The notes beneath the pieces are model-generated. The model saw nothing but the letters and a program-made list of their open reading frames with translations. It did not search any database and was not told the DNA's origin. DNA of 64,000 nt. Origin: Trypanosoma brucei (taxonomy: Eukaryota). Below, one piece after another: positions 11,012 to 23,100 of this stretch (the stretch's first letter is position 1; every line of letters begins with the position of its first letter). The position numbers and the translations under genes were made by a program. The stretch is from contig CP000067.1 of assembly GCA_000002445.1 (NCBI GenBank), positions 192,001-256,000 of the forward strand, in the 5' to 3' direction.

Positions 11012-11329
11012 TTAAATGCTTTTTGGGAACACCAACTCATAGAATTGATAGATGAACGCACACTCCACACCCCATAAGAAGAGGTTCCAGCTACTCATGC
11101 CTTTAATAATTTCTGGAGAATTCTTATACGGATCATCAGGATCGAAGTCTTTGAACTCCTCAGGCCATTCTGCCTGGTTGACGACCACCTTTGCCCGTTC
11201 CTCGTCACTCAACTGAGGGCGGCGTTTAGGGTCGCGGAAAACGAGCATGTTATAACCGCGTGAGGTACACAAAGCGGTAGCTCCTCCCATCGGGGCCATC
11301 ATCACTCTTGGGACCAGTCGCCGCAGCAT
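11012..11329 (-). CDS. Small protein (about 106 aa) with an MLRRL... presequence-like N-terminus; possible mitochondrial (respiratory-chain accessory?) protein
   Basis: The first ATG inside the 180-aa track ORF gives MLRRLVPRVMMAPMGGATALCTSRGYNMLVFRDPKRRPQLSDEERAKVVVNQAEWPEEFKDFDPDDPYKNSPEIIKGMSSWNLFLWGVECAFIYQFYELVFPKSI. The upstream part of the track ORF is a low-complexity 5'UTR translation. Confidence 0.4.
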   Translation of the reverse strand: MLRRLVPRVMMAPMGGATALCTSRGYNMLVFRDPKRRPQLSDEERAKVVVNQAEWPEEFKDFDPDDPYKNSPEIIKGMSSWNLFLWGVECAFIYQFYELVFPKSI

Positions 11330-11660
11330 CTCAACGGTTGGATTATCGCGCTCCCTCTGGTGCAAAGAAGAACAGAGGCAAAATAAAAGATTGACAAAGG
11401 CACGAAAACGACGAGTCAAAGGAAAACATGCAAAAGAAGGACAGGGCGATAGCAAGGGAAAGTGAAAAATAATAACAATAAAAATAATAATAATAATTAA
11501 CGCAGCGGGACACAAACACATAGCACCAAAATGAACAACAAAGAGGGGAAACAACAGTAACCACTTTTAGAAGAGTAAGATTGTGTGGTACGGCCCAAGT
11601 GGCTCTTTGTATCCGAGGCACATCCTCCCACCTCCGTAGCTGCTTTTCCTCTCCATCAGT

Positions 11661-13139
11661 TCAGCGGGGATCGAAGGTGGCTACCTGTGGTATGCATAGG
11701 TTGTACCAACTATTCGCCTCAAAGAAGTTTCTGGCCTCCTTCCACCCCACGTAACCCTTGCTCACAACAGTTTTCGTTGATGTTTCATTGCTAGCATAGT
11801 GAGGATCCGCAATCAGATATCGCGCCTCCGTCGTAGCAAGGTTCATATCAACGCCAAGAATGGTGTGCGCGTAGCTGCTGCCGCCGATCATGACGGGGCA
11901 TGATCTTTTCCCCCTAAAGTGCTCCGCAAGAAGCGCCTGTATTTCCGGGTTCGTTTCCAGTTCAGCACCGCTTTCCATGCGCCTTATGGTGCAGTCTAAA
12001 CCCGGAATGTAGTGCTGCAACACAATCATTATCTCGAAGGAGCCAATCCAATCTTTCGACCCCACAAACCCTTTACGATTCATCTTATCGGTGTCTTTCA
12101 CGGAAAGGATTTCTTGAATAGTGTGAATACTTGGGATGGCACCTTGCATAAGTCCCTCGTATTGGAACCACGACAAAATCGTCTGAAGGCTCCGGTACGC
12201 GCAACCCCAACCAGAGTCCTTGAAGCCATCAATAAGATAATGATAATAATCGTAAGACCCGCTGGTTATGTAAACCTCTCCACCAGATACGGGAATGTAT
12301 TCCTTGAGAGACTTATGAATGTTGCGCACCAGATGTTTCTCCCACGCCTGGCCAGTCCGAGGCATGTCACACCCTGCAGACACCTGGAGCCCCTTCACGG
12401 CGTCCCAGTTTTTCAGTCGCTTCTCCACTCGGAATAGGGAGAGTATAGGTAACAAAAGCGCATCGTGCTCCAAGACACGCCGGTTGGCCATGCCGTAGTG
12501 AATGTTTACCGGATGCACCAGCTGTGGCGGCCAAAATACCGCCGTCGGCGCCGTCACATTTTGGAAGAGATGAGCACGGAGAAGATCACCAATGTAACGT
12601 GCCACATCAGTGGCCGATTCGCCAAACACAACACGTTCATTCACATCCTCATCCTCCTTCTTCAAACGCAGACGCCCGACATCTCCATTTGCTGGTCCGT
12701 TTGTGACACTTGGCTCACTCGCTAGTAAAATGTCGCATGGTCCGCTAAGTTGAAACCCCGACAGCCACGAAACCGCGTCATGCACACCCTCCTCATCTCC
12801 CTTGAACATGTGACTGGTTAGCCCCTCGTTACTTACCCCTCCTCGGCTAAAAAGTAGCCAATATCTTTCCTCCTTCAAAATACCGAGTGCCATGCGAAGC
12901 TTTGCCACGACGGGCCACTCGACCGCCGCAACATTCAGCACACCGCTTTCGCGTGCTTCCTGTAATTCTTCGGTTCGACTTACATGTAGGGTTTCGCATG
13001 TGGGGAGATAAAATGGAAGAAAGGTGCCTTGAAGGGAGTTGTCGCGTACAACCGCAATAGTTTTGCCATTTTTCCGTACAACAAGAATAGGCAGCACCCC
13101 TTCATCCAATGTGGCGAATTCATTAGCCACCGTCGCCAT
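11661..13139 (-). CDS. Ufm1-specific cysteine protease (UfSP1/2-like, peptidase C78)
   Basis: ATG checked at 13137-13139. The C-terminal half contains the UfSP catalytic-Cys box DSGWGCAYRSLQTILSWFQ and a downstream GSKDWIGSFEIMIVLQHY segment characteristic of the C78 papain-like fold. Total length 492 aa. Confidence 0.65.
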   Translation of the reverse strand: MATVANEFATLDEGVLPILVVRKNGKTIAVVRDNSLQGTFLPFYLPTCETLHVSRTEELQEARESGVLNVAAVEWPVVAKLRMALGILKEERYWLLFSRGGVSNEGLTSHMFKGDEEGVHDAVSWLSGFQLSGPCDILLASEPSVTNGPANGDVGRLRLKKEDEDVNERVVFGESATDVARYIGDLLRAHLFQNVTAPTAVFWPPQLVHPVNIHYGMANRRVLEHDALLLPILSLFRVEKRLKNWDAVKGLQVSAGCDMPRTGQAWEKHLVRNIHKSLKEYIPVSGGEVYITSGSYDYYHYLIDGFKDSGWGCAYRSLQTILSWFQYEGLMQGAIPSIHTIQEILSVKDTDKMNRKGFVGSKDWIGSFEIMIVLQHYIPGLDCTIRRMESGAELETNPEIQALLAEHFRGKRSCPVMIGGSSYAHTILGVDMNLATTEARYLIADPHYASNETSTKTVVSKGYVGWKEARNFFEANSWYNLCIPQVATFDPR

Positions 13140-13462
13140 AGGTTGAGCGCTGCGTAGCCTAACGAAAGATTTGCATCAAACAGAGTGGCGTCAAAGCGTA
13201 TGCATAGAATACACACTCAAACACAGCGGAAAAAAAAAACGATGTGCCAGGCAAAGAAAAGAGCAGTTTTGCACGCTCGAATGCTCGGTAGGGATGTTGC
13301 AATGCCAGCAAACGCACGTTTGGATCAAGCATGGTGGACGCACACTCGTACAGAAGGAGTTAAGGTAAACCAATAACAACTGAAATTAAAAAATGGGGAG
13401 TAAAAGAGAGAACACCTGTGGGTGGTAGAAGCTGATATGCGATGATTATGCTCAAGAATACT

Positions 13463-14758
13463 TCAAAAAATAACTTCGAGCGTTATGCCTTTCCTTGGAA
13501 TGTGTCCGGGATTGGGGGGTGGCACCACAGTTAGGGGCACCACAAGCTCCGGTTGTTCCTCCTCCACCGGCAACTGACTTCTGAACCCGGAGGAAAACTC
13601 CTTAAGCCTAGAGGCAGAGCACCATAAGAATCGAAGTCGCAGTTGCCAACAGGTCGTAACGGCATCAGTTTGCATCGAAGCGTAATAATTTATATTGCTA
13701 AACGGTATACTAATGGGTACCGATGAACGCCCTATGAGATTCCATTCAAACTCTTCTACCACTGATGTTTGCGTGACAACCAACCGCGACTCCTCACCCG
13801 GAAGCTCGTGACATGTTACGCCGCGCTGTAGATGCTCGGGGAATGTGCACTCCAGCATTTCGAGAACACCTTGCACCATTACCACACGGGATGTGCAACC
13901 GTCACGGGGAAGAAACGCAGCCCGCAGCGAAGACCCAATCATCACAGTTGTGGACGAAACGACCACCGTCAGGACCACATCACCCGCGAAACTTAGCGGA
14001 AATTCAAGAGGTGTCCGCTGCTTGGCTAAATGACTCGCTATAAAGTTTGGCCTCCTGCAGGACAGTCCACTCCCAACAACATCATTCAACTCGTGCTCGT
14101 CCACTCCGAAAGGTTGAGGTGGATCGGGAACACATATCCGCACACGGAAGTTGAAGTTATCCATGGGAAAACACAGAGGCAGAAGTAGTGGAGAGAGGAC
14201 CGACTGAGGTGAAAACACACTAATTGGAATGCGTACATTGGACGAGGATGTTGGCTCCCCCTCGCCATGATACGAAACTTTAAGGAGTAGAGTGTGACAG
14301 AAGCGCAAACATCGCCCCTTGTATGACGGTGGTAAACTATCAGGTACAGCGAACGTCACGGAGACCGCCTTCGTTTCTCCCAATCGAAGCGGAATGTCCT
14401 GAGCGAGAGCGAAGTCGTCTGAGCAGCACAACTTGTAGACGCGGCAGTCACTCGATGTGGACTCATCCACCAACTCCGGGCAGTGTTGGGCCACATTTCC
14501 CTTGTCCCATGCCAGAGCATACTGAAGGAGGCGGGAATCCACCACACAAGTGCAAACAACACGTCCCGTTATTGAAGCTGTGATGGAAATTGATGAGTTG
14601 TCAATGACAGGTGCGCCAAAGCTATTACCGACGTCTCTGAAGCGGCTTTTCAATGCACTGTTTGGCTCATTAGCGAGGCACTGGAACTCTACTTCCGCCT
14701 TTATATTATCACCAGGTGCATACCATTTGCGATGCAGCGTTGCCCTGAGCAACAACAT
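13463..14758 (-). CDS. Conserved hypothetical protein (about 431 aa)
   Basis: The track start is GTG; the first ATG is 14756-14758 (MLLLRATLHRKWYAPGD...). The predominantly beta-strand-like composition could be an arrestin/Rgp1-like sandwich, but I cannot establish that. Confidence 0.45.
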   Translation of the reverse strand: MLLLRATLHRKWYAPGDNIKAEVEFQCLANEPNSALKSRFRDVGNSFGAPVIDNSSISITASITGRVVCTCVVDSRLLQYALAWDKGNVAQHCPELVDESTSSDCRVYKLCCSDDFALAQDIPLRLGETKAVSVTFAVPDSLPPSYKGRCLRFCHTLLLKVSYHGEGEPTSSSNVRIPISVFSPQSVLSPLLLPLCFPMDNFNFRVRICVPDPPQPFGVDEHELNDVVGSGLSCRRPNFIASHLAKQRTPLEFPLSFAGDVVLTVVVSSTTVMIGSSLRAAFLPRDGCTSRVVMVQGVLEMLECTFPEHLQRGVTCHELPGEESRLVVTQTSVVEEFEWNLIGRSSVPISIPFSNINYYASMQTDAVTTCWQLRLRFLWCSASRLKEFSSGFRSQLPVEEEQPELVVPLTVVPPPNPGHIPRKGITLEVIF

Positions 14759-15427
14759 CCGTTCCGATTCCGTGTTGTTGTTTTCCCACACTTTTGCTTG
14801 CCTCACCCTCCACTTACCCCACTCCTCTAGATCTCTCTTAAGGAGTTGAAACTTTACTTTCTTACAAACTTCAGCTTCCCTCTCTCTCTCTCTTCACGGC
14901 ACGGCCGGACAAGCGCCGGGGCGCGCGACAGAAGCGCTAATATTATAACAGCGACAACCTGCAGCCGAATACACAAGCCGCGGCAACAAACGAGCGACAT
15001 AACAAGAAGAAGAAAAAGAAAAAGAAAGATAACAAAATAACAGAAACGATGCCTAGAAAAAGGACACCAAGAGCAATTTGTCCGAACTCTTGCTCAGCCC
15101 TATGTGAGCACACAAATATATAAATATGCGTATATGCTTAAGAACGTATAGTTTATTCCGCTGCAGTAAACATTAGGTACTTAAACTCGTCAAATGCCAT
15201 GAGACACAAAACATTGCATTATTGGTTCAATATCTTCACTCATTGCAGTTGTTGTTTTTTTTTTGCTTCGCACTGCGTTCCCCTTTTCCTTTCTTTTTAT
15301 CTAAGAAAAAAAAAAAAGTTCTTCGCATTGCCTCTCAATACCACCCGCGCCTTGTTGTCATTCATCCCCCTGCCAGTCCACACGCACGCGTCCAAACAAA
15401 CAGAATAAAAAGGTCGCTCCCATGTAA

Positions 15428-15865
15428 TCACGCCGTGTTGAGATCCTCAATTGCCAGAATCATTTTGTCGTAATTTGGCCTCAACTCAGCTGTTGGTTTC
15501 AGCAATACCACAGAAGTGGCCCGCTTGCACTGCGTTGCCGTTCCCAAGTCCTGTCGTGATGGCACCCACACATACGGCACATCCGACTCCTCTGCAAGAA
15601 GCGGAAGATGCGAAATCACGTCATAAGGGGAAGCATCTGCACCGAGAACAAGAATTCCCTTCTGTCCTTTGCGTAATGCCTTCGTCACGTCTTTGATACC
15701 CTTTATAACATCTTTTTTGTTATTCACAACAGTTTTCTTAATGAGCACGTATAACTTTTTCGTCATCTTCGCCTTCTCAGATGTGATGGGCCACGAGATG
15801 GGGCACCGATATAACTCTCTGTCGTAGTCGTATGCCACCACCTCCTGTTGCTCATTCTCCGCCAT
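15428..15865 (-). CDS. NHP2: H/ACA snoRNP protein NHP2 (L7Ae/L30e family)
   Basis: ATG at 15863-15865. VTKALRKGQKGILVLGADASPYDVISHLPLLAEESDVPYVWVPSRQDLGTATQCKRATSVVLL aligns residue-for-residue with the yeast/human NHP2 core (...ALRKGEKGLVVIAGDISPADVISHIPVLCEDHSVPYIFIPSKQDLG...). Confidence 0.8.
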   Translation of the reverse strand: MAENEQQEVVAYDYDRELYRCPISWPITSEKAKMTKKLYVLIKKTVVNNKKDVIKGIKDVTKALRKGQKGILVLGADASPYDVISHLPLLAEESDVPYVWVPSRQDLGTATQCKRATSVVLLKPTAELRPNYDKMILAIEDLNTA

Positions 15866-16683
15866 AATGTTTCCCTAAACTAAACCGTCACAGCGCTAAA
15901 TGTTAGTTTTTTTTTTTGACAGTGAAGTCACCCCTTCCTGTAAAAATAACCCTTTTTTTTTTAATGGCTCCTCTTTCCCTTCTTACTCTATTAATTTGTA
16001 TTTTTACCCCAGTCTTAAACGGAAGTTGCCAAACACAGGTGCTTTCGTGAAAGTTGAGAAAAAATATGAAAACAAGAATGATTTTAAAAATAAGGGGAGA
16101 ACATAAAGAAACAGAGAGAGTTAGAGGCAGAATCAAAGAAAAGGAAGCAAATATGCTCCCTGAACGATCATCTTCTTTTTTTTTTTTGCATGCACACTAC
16201 CGAATGAAGAGGTTTTACGAAACCAGAAGCAGTGTCGCGGAAGGGAACCGAACCTCAGGCAAATCGGGAGCACGGTTTGAAAAAGAATTAAATCCCGTTT
16301 GTTCATTATTTTTTTTTTGAAAACGATGGAGAAAACACTCTTGGTAAAACAAGAAAAGACGTGGTTTGCAAACACGGCTGCTCCACACAATTTCCTCCAC
16401 TCCCTTCATCCTCCTTCATTGCTTTCCATTCTGCTGCTTGGTAACCTCGATCCGCTCACTCGTAAGTCAAATCTCCTCTTCTTTCCCCCTTCATTTTCTT
16501 CTGCATATAGTGCAACACATATTATGAAGCAAAAATAAAAAAAGACATGCGAAGGACTAACCTTTTCCTTCCAAATCACACACGGACACATACAAACACC
16601 CATGGGAAGAAATTCGTGAAATAACAGGGAAAGGGAGGAAGAAGCAAATAAAAACAAAGGTGTAAAATGGAAACGAGATGTGG

Positions 16684-19089
16684 CTAAACCTCTTGAGACA
16701 CCTGCAGCATTTGGGAACGGGATGCCCCAGCAACTGTGTAGAGAACCTTCACGCGAAGCATAACAAGGCGAGGATTTTTATCACTTCTTGAGTTGTCCAC
16801 AGTCAAAGACTGCACAATCCGTCCGAATGGCGGAACAGCCGTCATGGGAAGGGGAGCGACCTCGAGAGACGATGTCTTGGGGACTGCCACCTGAATGGAA
16901 AGGTTTTCCATTGGGGAGGCAAGGCGGGAAAGGATACTGAGGCTGATGGCTATGGTACCCTGAACCACAGCACCCATGCTCACGGAGAAGTCTTCGCACT
17001 CAAAAACTGATTTCTCTGCCGTTGGAAAAGCAGTGGCTGCGGGAAAACCAGTGGCTGCGGGAAAAGCAGGCGCGCTTCCCATCATCAACCCGTCTAGCGC
17101 GCTCAAACCACTCACCGCTTGAGGGGCTGGCGCGGGTTTGCTGCCGAAGAGGTCATCGATATCGGAAGTGTTCACCACCGCACCTTTAGGAGCCCCACCA
17201 GCTGGTGCGGTACCCCCACCGAACAGATCGTCCAAACTGACGGTATCCTTTTTCTGCAAAAACTCAGGAGGGAGATTCACCACTTGCAGTGGCTGTGCCT
17301 GAATCCTTCCCTCGTCCTTAACGGTCACAGTAATGGGTGGCATCCGCTCAAAGCTAAATGCCGCTTCCTGTGGGAACGACTCCAAGATGGTGGTGTACTC
17401 ACACGCACGCTGCTGCAGCTCGCAATCGAAGCTTGTGGTGTGGTTTGCGAAAACGGCAACCGCCGTATTTTTGGTCGATGGGTATCTGGATGCTACCTTC
17501 ACCAATGCTGTCAAGCCGTATGATTTGATTAGTTTATATTCGGTGTTGTTGATTATGTCTGCAATGCGTGTTGCTATTTTCTCCTCGCTAACTCCCTTTT
17601 TCGAGACGAGTAAGTCCGCGTACTCTCCTATGCACCACACGGCCGCCACCAGAAATGCCTTACGCAGGTGATGAATAGCATCAAACGGTGATCCTTCTCC
17701 CTCCCAAAGCGCATTTGTGGCCGTTGTTTGAAGTTCCACCGTCTCATTTGTGAGTAGTCCAATAAGGCGTGTAGCGAATCCAACCGAAACGTGCTGCCGT
17801 CCAAGACGAAGTAGCCGCAGTGACAACTCCACACGCCACTCAGCATTCGGTGCCTTCGTCTCGATGAGCTGGCATAAATGACGAACCACTTCCTCCCGCA
17901 TCTCATCCGAGCAAACAGTTAGGTAAGTAAGCAAGTCGGGCACTAGGAGGCGCACGTTCGTCTCGTCAATCAGGGCGACCGTCAATTCCAAAGCGCGACG
18001 ACGGATGGATACGTCCGCATCCTTGAGGCAGTCCAGGATAATATCCTGATGTCCTCGGACGGCCTCTGCATCGCGAGCAGCATAGTCCAAGAGAGACTGC
18101 AGGGCCACGAAGCGAAGATTATTGTCGTTAGAAGCAAGGAAGCGTCCAATTGTGCTAACGCCCAGCGATCGCAAGGCTTCATCACTCTCAACGGCATAAA
18201 TGGTCTTCACACATTCGTACTGAACGGCAGAACCGGCTTTGGTGGAGCCATCAGTGTTGGTAAGCACCTGCGCAAGAACGTCGTTGATTGTCTCAGACAC
18301 GACAGGGCTACCCTTGCCCACGATCTTCATGAACTGTAGTAGTTTGACTTGCAGAAAAGGATCAGCCACACCGCCAATATCCTGCGCTGTCACGCGTGAT
18401 GACAAAACCAACTGTTTCAATAAACGGACAGCACCATTCGTTGCCAAACGATACTTCTTCAAGTGCTCCTCAACATCAGATTGCAACAGGCACGCATTGA
18501 CAAGAGTAAGTTTGCACAATAGCACCGCCTGATTGTTTTCGTGGAAGACGTTGGTGCATTCCTGCAAAAACACCTCAGCATAATCGGGAACTTTCTTTAT
18601 AATGCGAACGGCCGCGAGGCACGCCTTCTTCGCTATATACGAGTCAGGGCAGGCGAACAAGCGCAAAATGTCGTCAAACATATCGCGTGACATTGGCTCA
18701 CTTGCGATGTTTGCCACCACATTCAGTGCCATGGATTGAAGGAGCGGCTGGCCACTTCCGAGGTCTTTCTTTATATGATTCTCCGACAACGTTAGTACTT
18801 CATCGTTTTCACCTAACACCATCTGAATAGTGAGGTAACCCACCCGCTTTCCTGCGTAGTCGGATTGCGCAATAAGGCTCACCACCTCAACCTGGCCAAA
18901 TTCCGTCGGGTATCCGAGCATGGAGATATACAAAAGTTTCAACATGTTGCGCGTGCGAACGTGAGGTTTACTACCTCGAAACGACTCACGGATAATGGCG
19001 CTTTCCTTGCTGATAAGGGCACGCTCCTCAGAAGATGTTTTGCATTGCCGTACGGCGGATATCAACTCACGAAGCTTTTGGCTGTTCAT
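16684..19089 (-). CDS. AP-1 complex gamma-adaptin large subunit
   Basis: ATG at 19087-19089. The N-terminal trunk (RNMLKLLYISMLGYPTEFGQVEVVSLIAQSDYAGKRVGYL...IKKDL...PDSYIAKKACLAAVRIIKKVP) follows the gamma-adaptin consensus more closely than the alpha, delta or epsilon consensus. An 801-aa protein with a Pro/Ala/Gly-rich hinge then a C-terminal ear. Confidence 0.7.
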   Translation of the reverse strand: MNSQKLRELISAVRQCKTSSEERALISKESAIIRESFRGSKPHVRTRNMLKLLYISMLGYPTEFGQVEVVSLIAQSDYAGKRVGYLTIQMVLGENDEVLTLSENHIKKDLGSGQPLLQSMALNVVANIASEPMSRDMFDDILRLFACPDSYIAKKACLAAVRIIKKVPDYAEVFLQECTNVFHENNQAVLLCKLTLVNACLLQSDVEEHLKKYRLATNGAVRLLKQLVLSSRVTAQDIGGVADPFLQVKLLQFMKIVGKGSPVVSETINDVLAQVLTNTDGSTKAGSAVQYECVKTIYAVESDEALRSLGVSTIGRFLASNDNNLRFVALQSLLDYAARDAEAVRGHQDIILDCLKDADVSIRRRALELTVALIDETNVRLLVPDLLTYLTVCSDEMREEVVRHLCQLIETKAPNAEWRVELSLRLLRLGRQHVSVGFATRLIGLLTNETVELQTTATNALWEGEGSPFDAIHHLRKAFLVAAVWCIGEYADLLVSKKGVSEEKIATRIADIINNTEYKLIKSYGLTALVKVASRYPSTKNTAVAVFANHTTSFDCELQQRACEYTTILESFPQEAAFSFERMPPITVTVKDEGRIQAQPLQVVNLPPEFLQKKDTVSLDDLFGGGTAPAGGAPKGAVVNTSDIDDLFGSKPAPAPQAVSGLSALDGLMMGSAPAFPAATGFPAATAFPTAEKSVFECEDFSVSMGAVVQGTIAISLSILSRLASPMENLSIQVAVPKTSSLEVAPLPMTAVPPFGRIVQSLTVDNSRSDKNPRLVMLRVKVLYTVAGASRSQMLQVSQEV

Positions 19090-20179
19090 TGATGATCCGT
19101 TTTTTTTTTCTTTTTTCTTCTTCTTCCTTTCTTCGCCTTTATTGTTAGGGGATGACCGTCACTCCGTATCTTCAGGTTTTTACTTTTCTTTCTGTTTTTC
19201 TTGACTGCCTTGTCCCTATTGATGTTGCTGTCGTTTCCTTCCCTTCTTGGTTTAACCCCTTCTCTTCTATTTCGTTCCTATAGGCACAACTTATAAAAAC
19301 GGAAAAGGGTTTTGTTTATTTTTCATGTTGCAAACACCGAAAGAATAGGAAGAGATGAAAATAAAGGTAAAATCAATATATACTATTCAATGCATGACTG
19401 CAATGTTGGCTGCCGCGCGAACAGGCGTTAAGCTTTACGTCAACCAAAAGGGTTTCAGGAACAACAACAATGATATCAGCACCAGAAAAGCCAGGCAATG
19501 TTTGTTGTTATCCTTCACGTACCTCTGCTCCTCACATCGAAGTAAACGAACTTTAAAAAAAAGAAAAAGTGAAAGGAAACAAAAACGTATGCGAAATTTA
19601 TGGCACAAAAATAAAGTTAGAATTATCTCAAAAAATGCCTTGTAGTGGGCAGAGAACACAGTAATTATCAGAAGAGAATGACAATACGGGCGCGAAAAAA
19701 AAAAGGAAGCATTGAATGCCGCACAGAAAATATAACTCCCTTACGTGACCGGGCACACTCCCGCGCTACCAATTGTCACCCTGCTTGACAAACACATTAG
19801 TCAATAAATATGAGCGCCTCGCTTCGGATTATTTCCATAAAACAGGTTTTTTCGCTCTCACCACCATGATTCCGCACACATACACATATATATATTCTCA
19901 ATTCTCCTTTCCTTTTCACTAAACTTCCTGATTAGCACCTCCTGTCCCATTACTTCTGTTCCCCTTCCCCCTCCCTCCGCCTTCTTTTTTTCCTTTCCGC
20001 ATTTCACAAAACTTTCCTCCACATCGGTATTAACCAACTACACGTTTTCTCTTTTTCCTTCAACATCATATATGTCACACACGAACTCTACACGCCACAA
20101 TACATCGCGTAAATCACACCTTACATGCAGTCAGACGAAGCGCATGCAAAGTGCACGGGATGAGGGCACCCAACACACT

Positions 20180-23100
20180 TTACGACAAACTGAAGTTCCT
20201 TCTGCCCTCGGTGATTGCTACCAAAAGACGTTCCTTCATTATTTTTCGTGTTGAGTACGGGGGAAGCTTAAAATAGAGAAAACAAGTGTTGCACGATGGC
20301 AGCGTCTGCTCGCCACGACCCTCCAACTCCTTCCGGACAACAGTTATTTTCCTCCCAAGCCCATCCAAGCCATTCAGGGGAAGCTGAGGGCATCCTGTTA
20401 GAAACTCAATAAAAAGTTGTTGCTGTTCACGAGTAAACTCATCACCGACAAGAGAAATGAACGTTTCGACCTCCTGAGAACCAGTGGAGTAGCCATGTGC
20501 CTCCATGACAGCAGCACGCAGCGCCTCTTCACTAAAAAGTTTCTCCTCGGAGTCCTCCGCAGAGAAGCCACAAATAATTGCACTCATTTCATCATCTGTG
20601 AAAAACCAAAAGGCGTCAAGATCCACAACACTTGCAAGACCACGCGCAAACCAGTGGAGATTCGAAACAGCATTAGTCAGGCGCCTCTCTACACACTTTT
20701 CCACATAAAACTTAGCCGTTGAAACGGTCAGCGCCTCACCAGTTTCCTCGTCCTCAAGGCCCATTTGTTCAAGTTCGGCATCCGTCGCTTGGAGAACGCA
20801 CTTGTAGGAATTCGCCAGGGCCGGTTCGACCTCCTCCAAGAGATGCCACAACACCTCCACTGAAGGAGTTTGTGAGCGGATAAGCGGCCACACGACCGGC
20901 AAAAGACTAATATCCATCGTATAGCCATCAGCGAAGGCCCGACCACAGCTAGCACCGAGAACAAAGAACCTCTTGGGATGAACCTGCTGCATGCTGGGAA
21001 AGGCGATGCACACACCATCATCCCGGTGGTGCCATAGTTCCGACATGCTGCGATACCGACGTGACAGCTCGGCATACAACTCCTGTGTTGGACCTTCTCC
21101 TGTGCCCTCCTCGCCCTCAAAATTAAACTCCACTTTGTTACGCAACGTGGGATATTCCAGAAAAACTTTGTACAACGTGTTCGTAATGCTTTCAGTATTC
21201 CTCTTCACCGTTACCTTAAACGCAAGACCATTACTAGCTATGCTTCCAGTAACAGTTCCCCGTACATTCACACCGACATCTTGCAAGTGGTAGAGGCCAA
21301 ACCTGCAGCATCCAACGGCAAGAAAGTGAGCCATGTTACGCTTGAACGCAAGCGAAATATATGGAGCCACCTCCTGAAGTATAAGAACCACTCGTGATGG
21401 AATACCAGAAACCCCGCTTAGGAAAATGTCTTCACCGCGCGACTCGAGGGCATTTACGATGGAAAGTTCAACAGCGGTGTCAACCCACCGCTGAGGTCGC
21501 GTGGCGAGGAAAGTGTGCAAGAACACACGTAATGATGAGTGTTCAGCAATATTGTGAGCCGCTGAGCATGCGACAAACGGAGGACAAGGGATGCAGCAAC
21601 GACACTCACCGCCTACTGGGGCTATGTGTACATCATTTCCTTCAAGCAACGATACAGGTCGGCTAGCGGGTACAACACCACTCGAAGTAAAAAGCATCAC
21701 TTCACCGGCATTCCCGCTGCAACCACTTTTTCTTTTTTGAGAAGAAGTGCTACTGGTGGAAGGCGATCTTTTCAACTTTAACGCCTTCCAGGATTGTATG
21801 ACATCCCCAACGACTGCCGAGGAATTTGTCTCCATGCGAGAAAGCTTCTCGTCTACACAGTTACTACATAAGTCATAATTACAGTCTCTGCATGCAAGGG
21901 ATCCAAATGCATTCGCGAAAGCACAAGAATCACATCTCCAGTTAACACTAAAGTGTACACGAAGAGCATGTCCATTGGGACACCGCGGAGCGCCCTTCCC
22001 CTTAATTCGATCACCTGCACTGCAGATGTTTACTGTATAAGAAGTGCTGCGCACTCTCTCCGCAAGGTCCTCACCCACGGGTTTGCACGATGCCGTATGA
22101 TGAAGCACACGCAACACATATGTTTGTGCGACAGTTCTCATCCGTGAAGCCAGTACATCATCTTTTTTCATTTCTTCACACAAAGCCATCATCTGCTCCT
22201 CACCATACGGCGACTTCTCCAACCCTTGGACAAACGCCAACAATTCTGAGGAGGAGGTTGTACGCAAGAACGCCAGCACATTACCAGGGGACCGTTGAAC
22301 CTCCCGCAGACAGTCGGCGCCACGCTTTACCTCTGAAGTTGAGCTTTCAATCCTGTTCTTTTTACCTCCATCTCGGGCCAAACACTCGGCGGCCGGCGTG
22401 TCAGCAACCCCGGCTTCCTGCAGTACACTTGCCCATCTTTTATCTCGTTTCAGCAGTGTAGCGCATATTTCGCCAACTGTAGGCTCCTTCTGATCAGCTG
22501 GTAGACTGCAGAAAGCGGTAATGACGTCCATCGTGTTCGTGGGGTCGCCACTGCATATGATATAAAACCGTATGGAACGCGCCAAAGAGGCCACCTGCGT
22601 GTGTCCGAATGACAAGGGACGTAACGCATCTTGCACAGCAGCGCAAACCTTTTTCTTAAGCATCATACCTCGTGTCGGAATAGCTAGTCCCCCATCAAAT
22701 GATATGGCACACGGTATGGGTTGGAAATGCACCCTTGAGGCTGTGTCGCCGTGTGCAAAGTTGTCCGTCATGGTTTGCAAATCAATCACGTGACGACCCG
22801 GGGCAACAATCCTTGACCGCTCAGCGGAGAAGTACATTGTCGTCAACCGTCGTCTGACTTTTTTAATGTACAAATGGTACTCATCGTCTCTACCACGCCA
22901 TGCCCATATATATTCACTCTGAAAGTTAAAATTTGCACCACACAACTTCGCCAACAGCACCAGGGCACTCCACAACAGCGATGGCACGACCCATCGTAAG
23001 TTCGGCAAGGTCGGTGTGCTGTCGATCCACGGTTGCTCAGCATTAACCGCCACAGAGTCACTGCCGCTATTAAACGGATTGGAAAAACTCGCGCTGCGCA

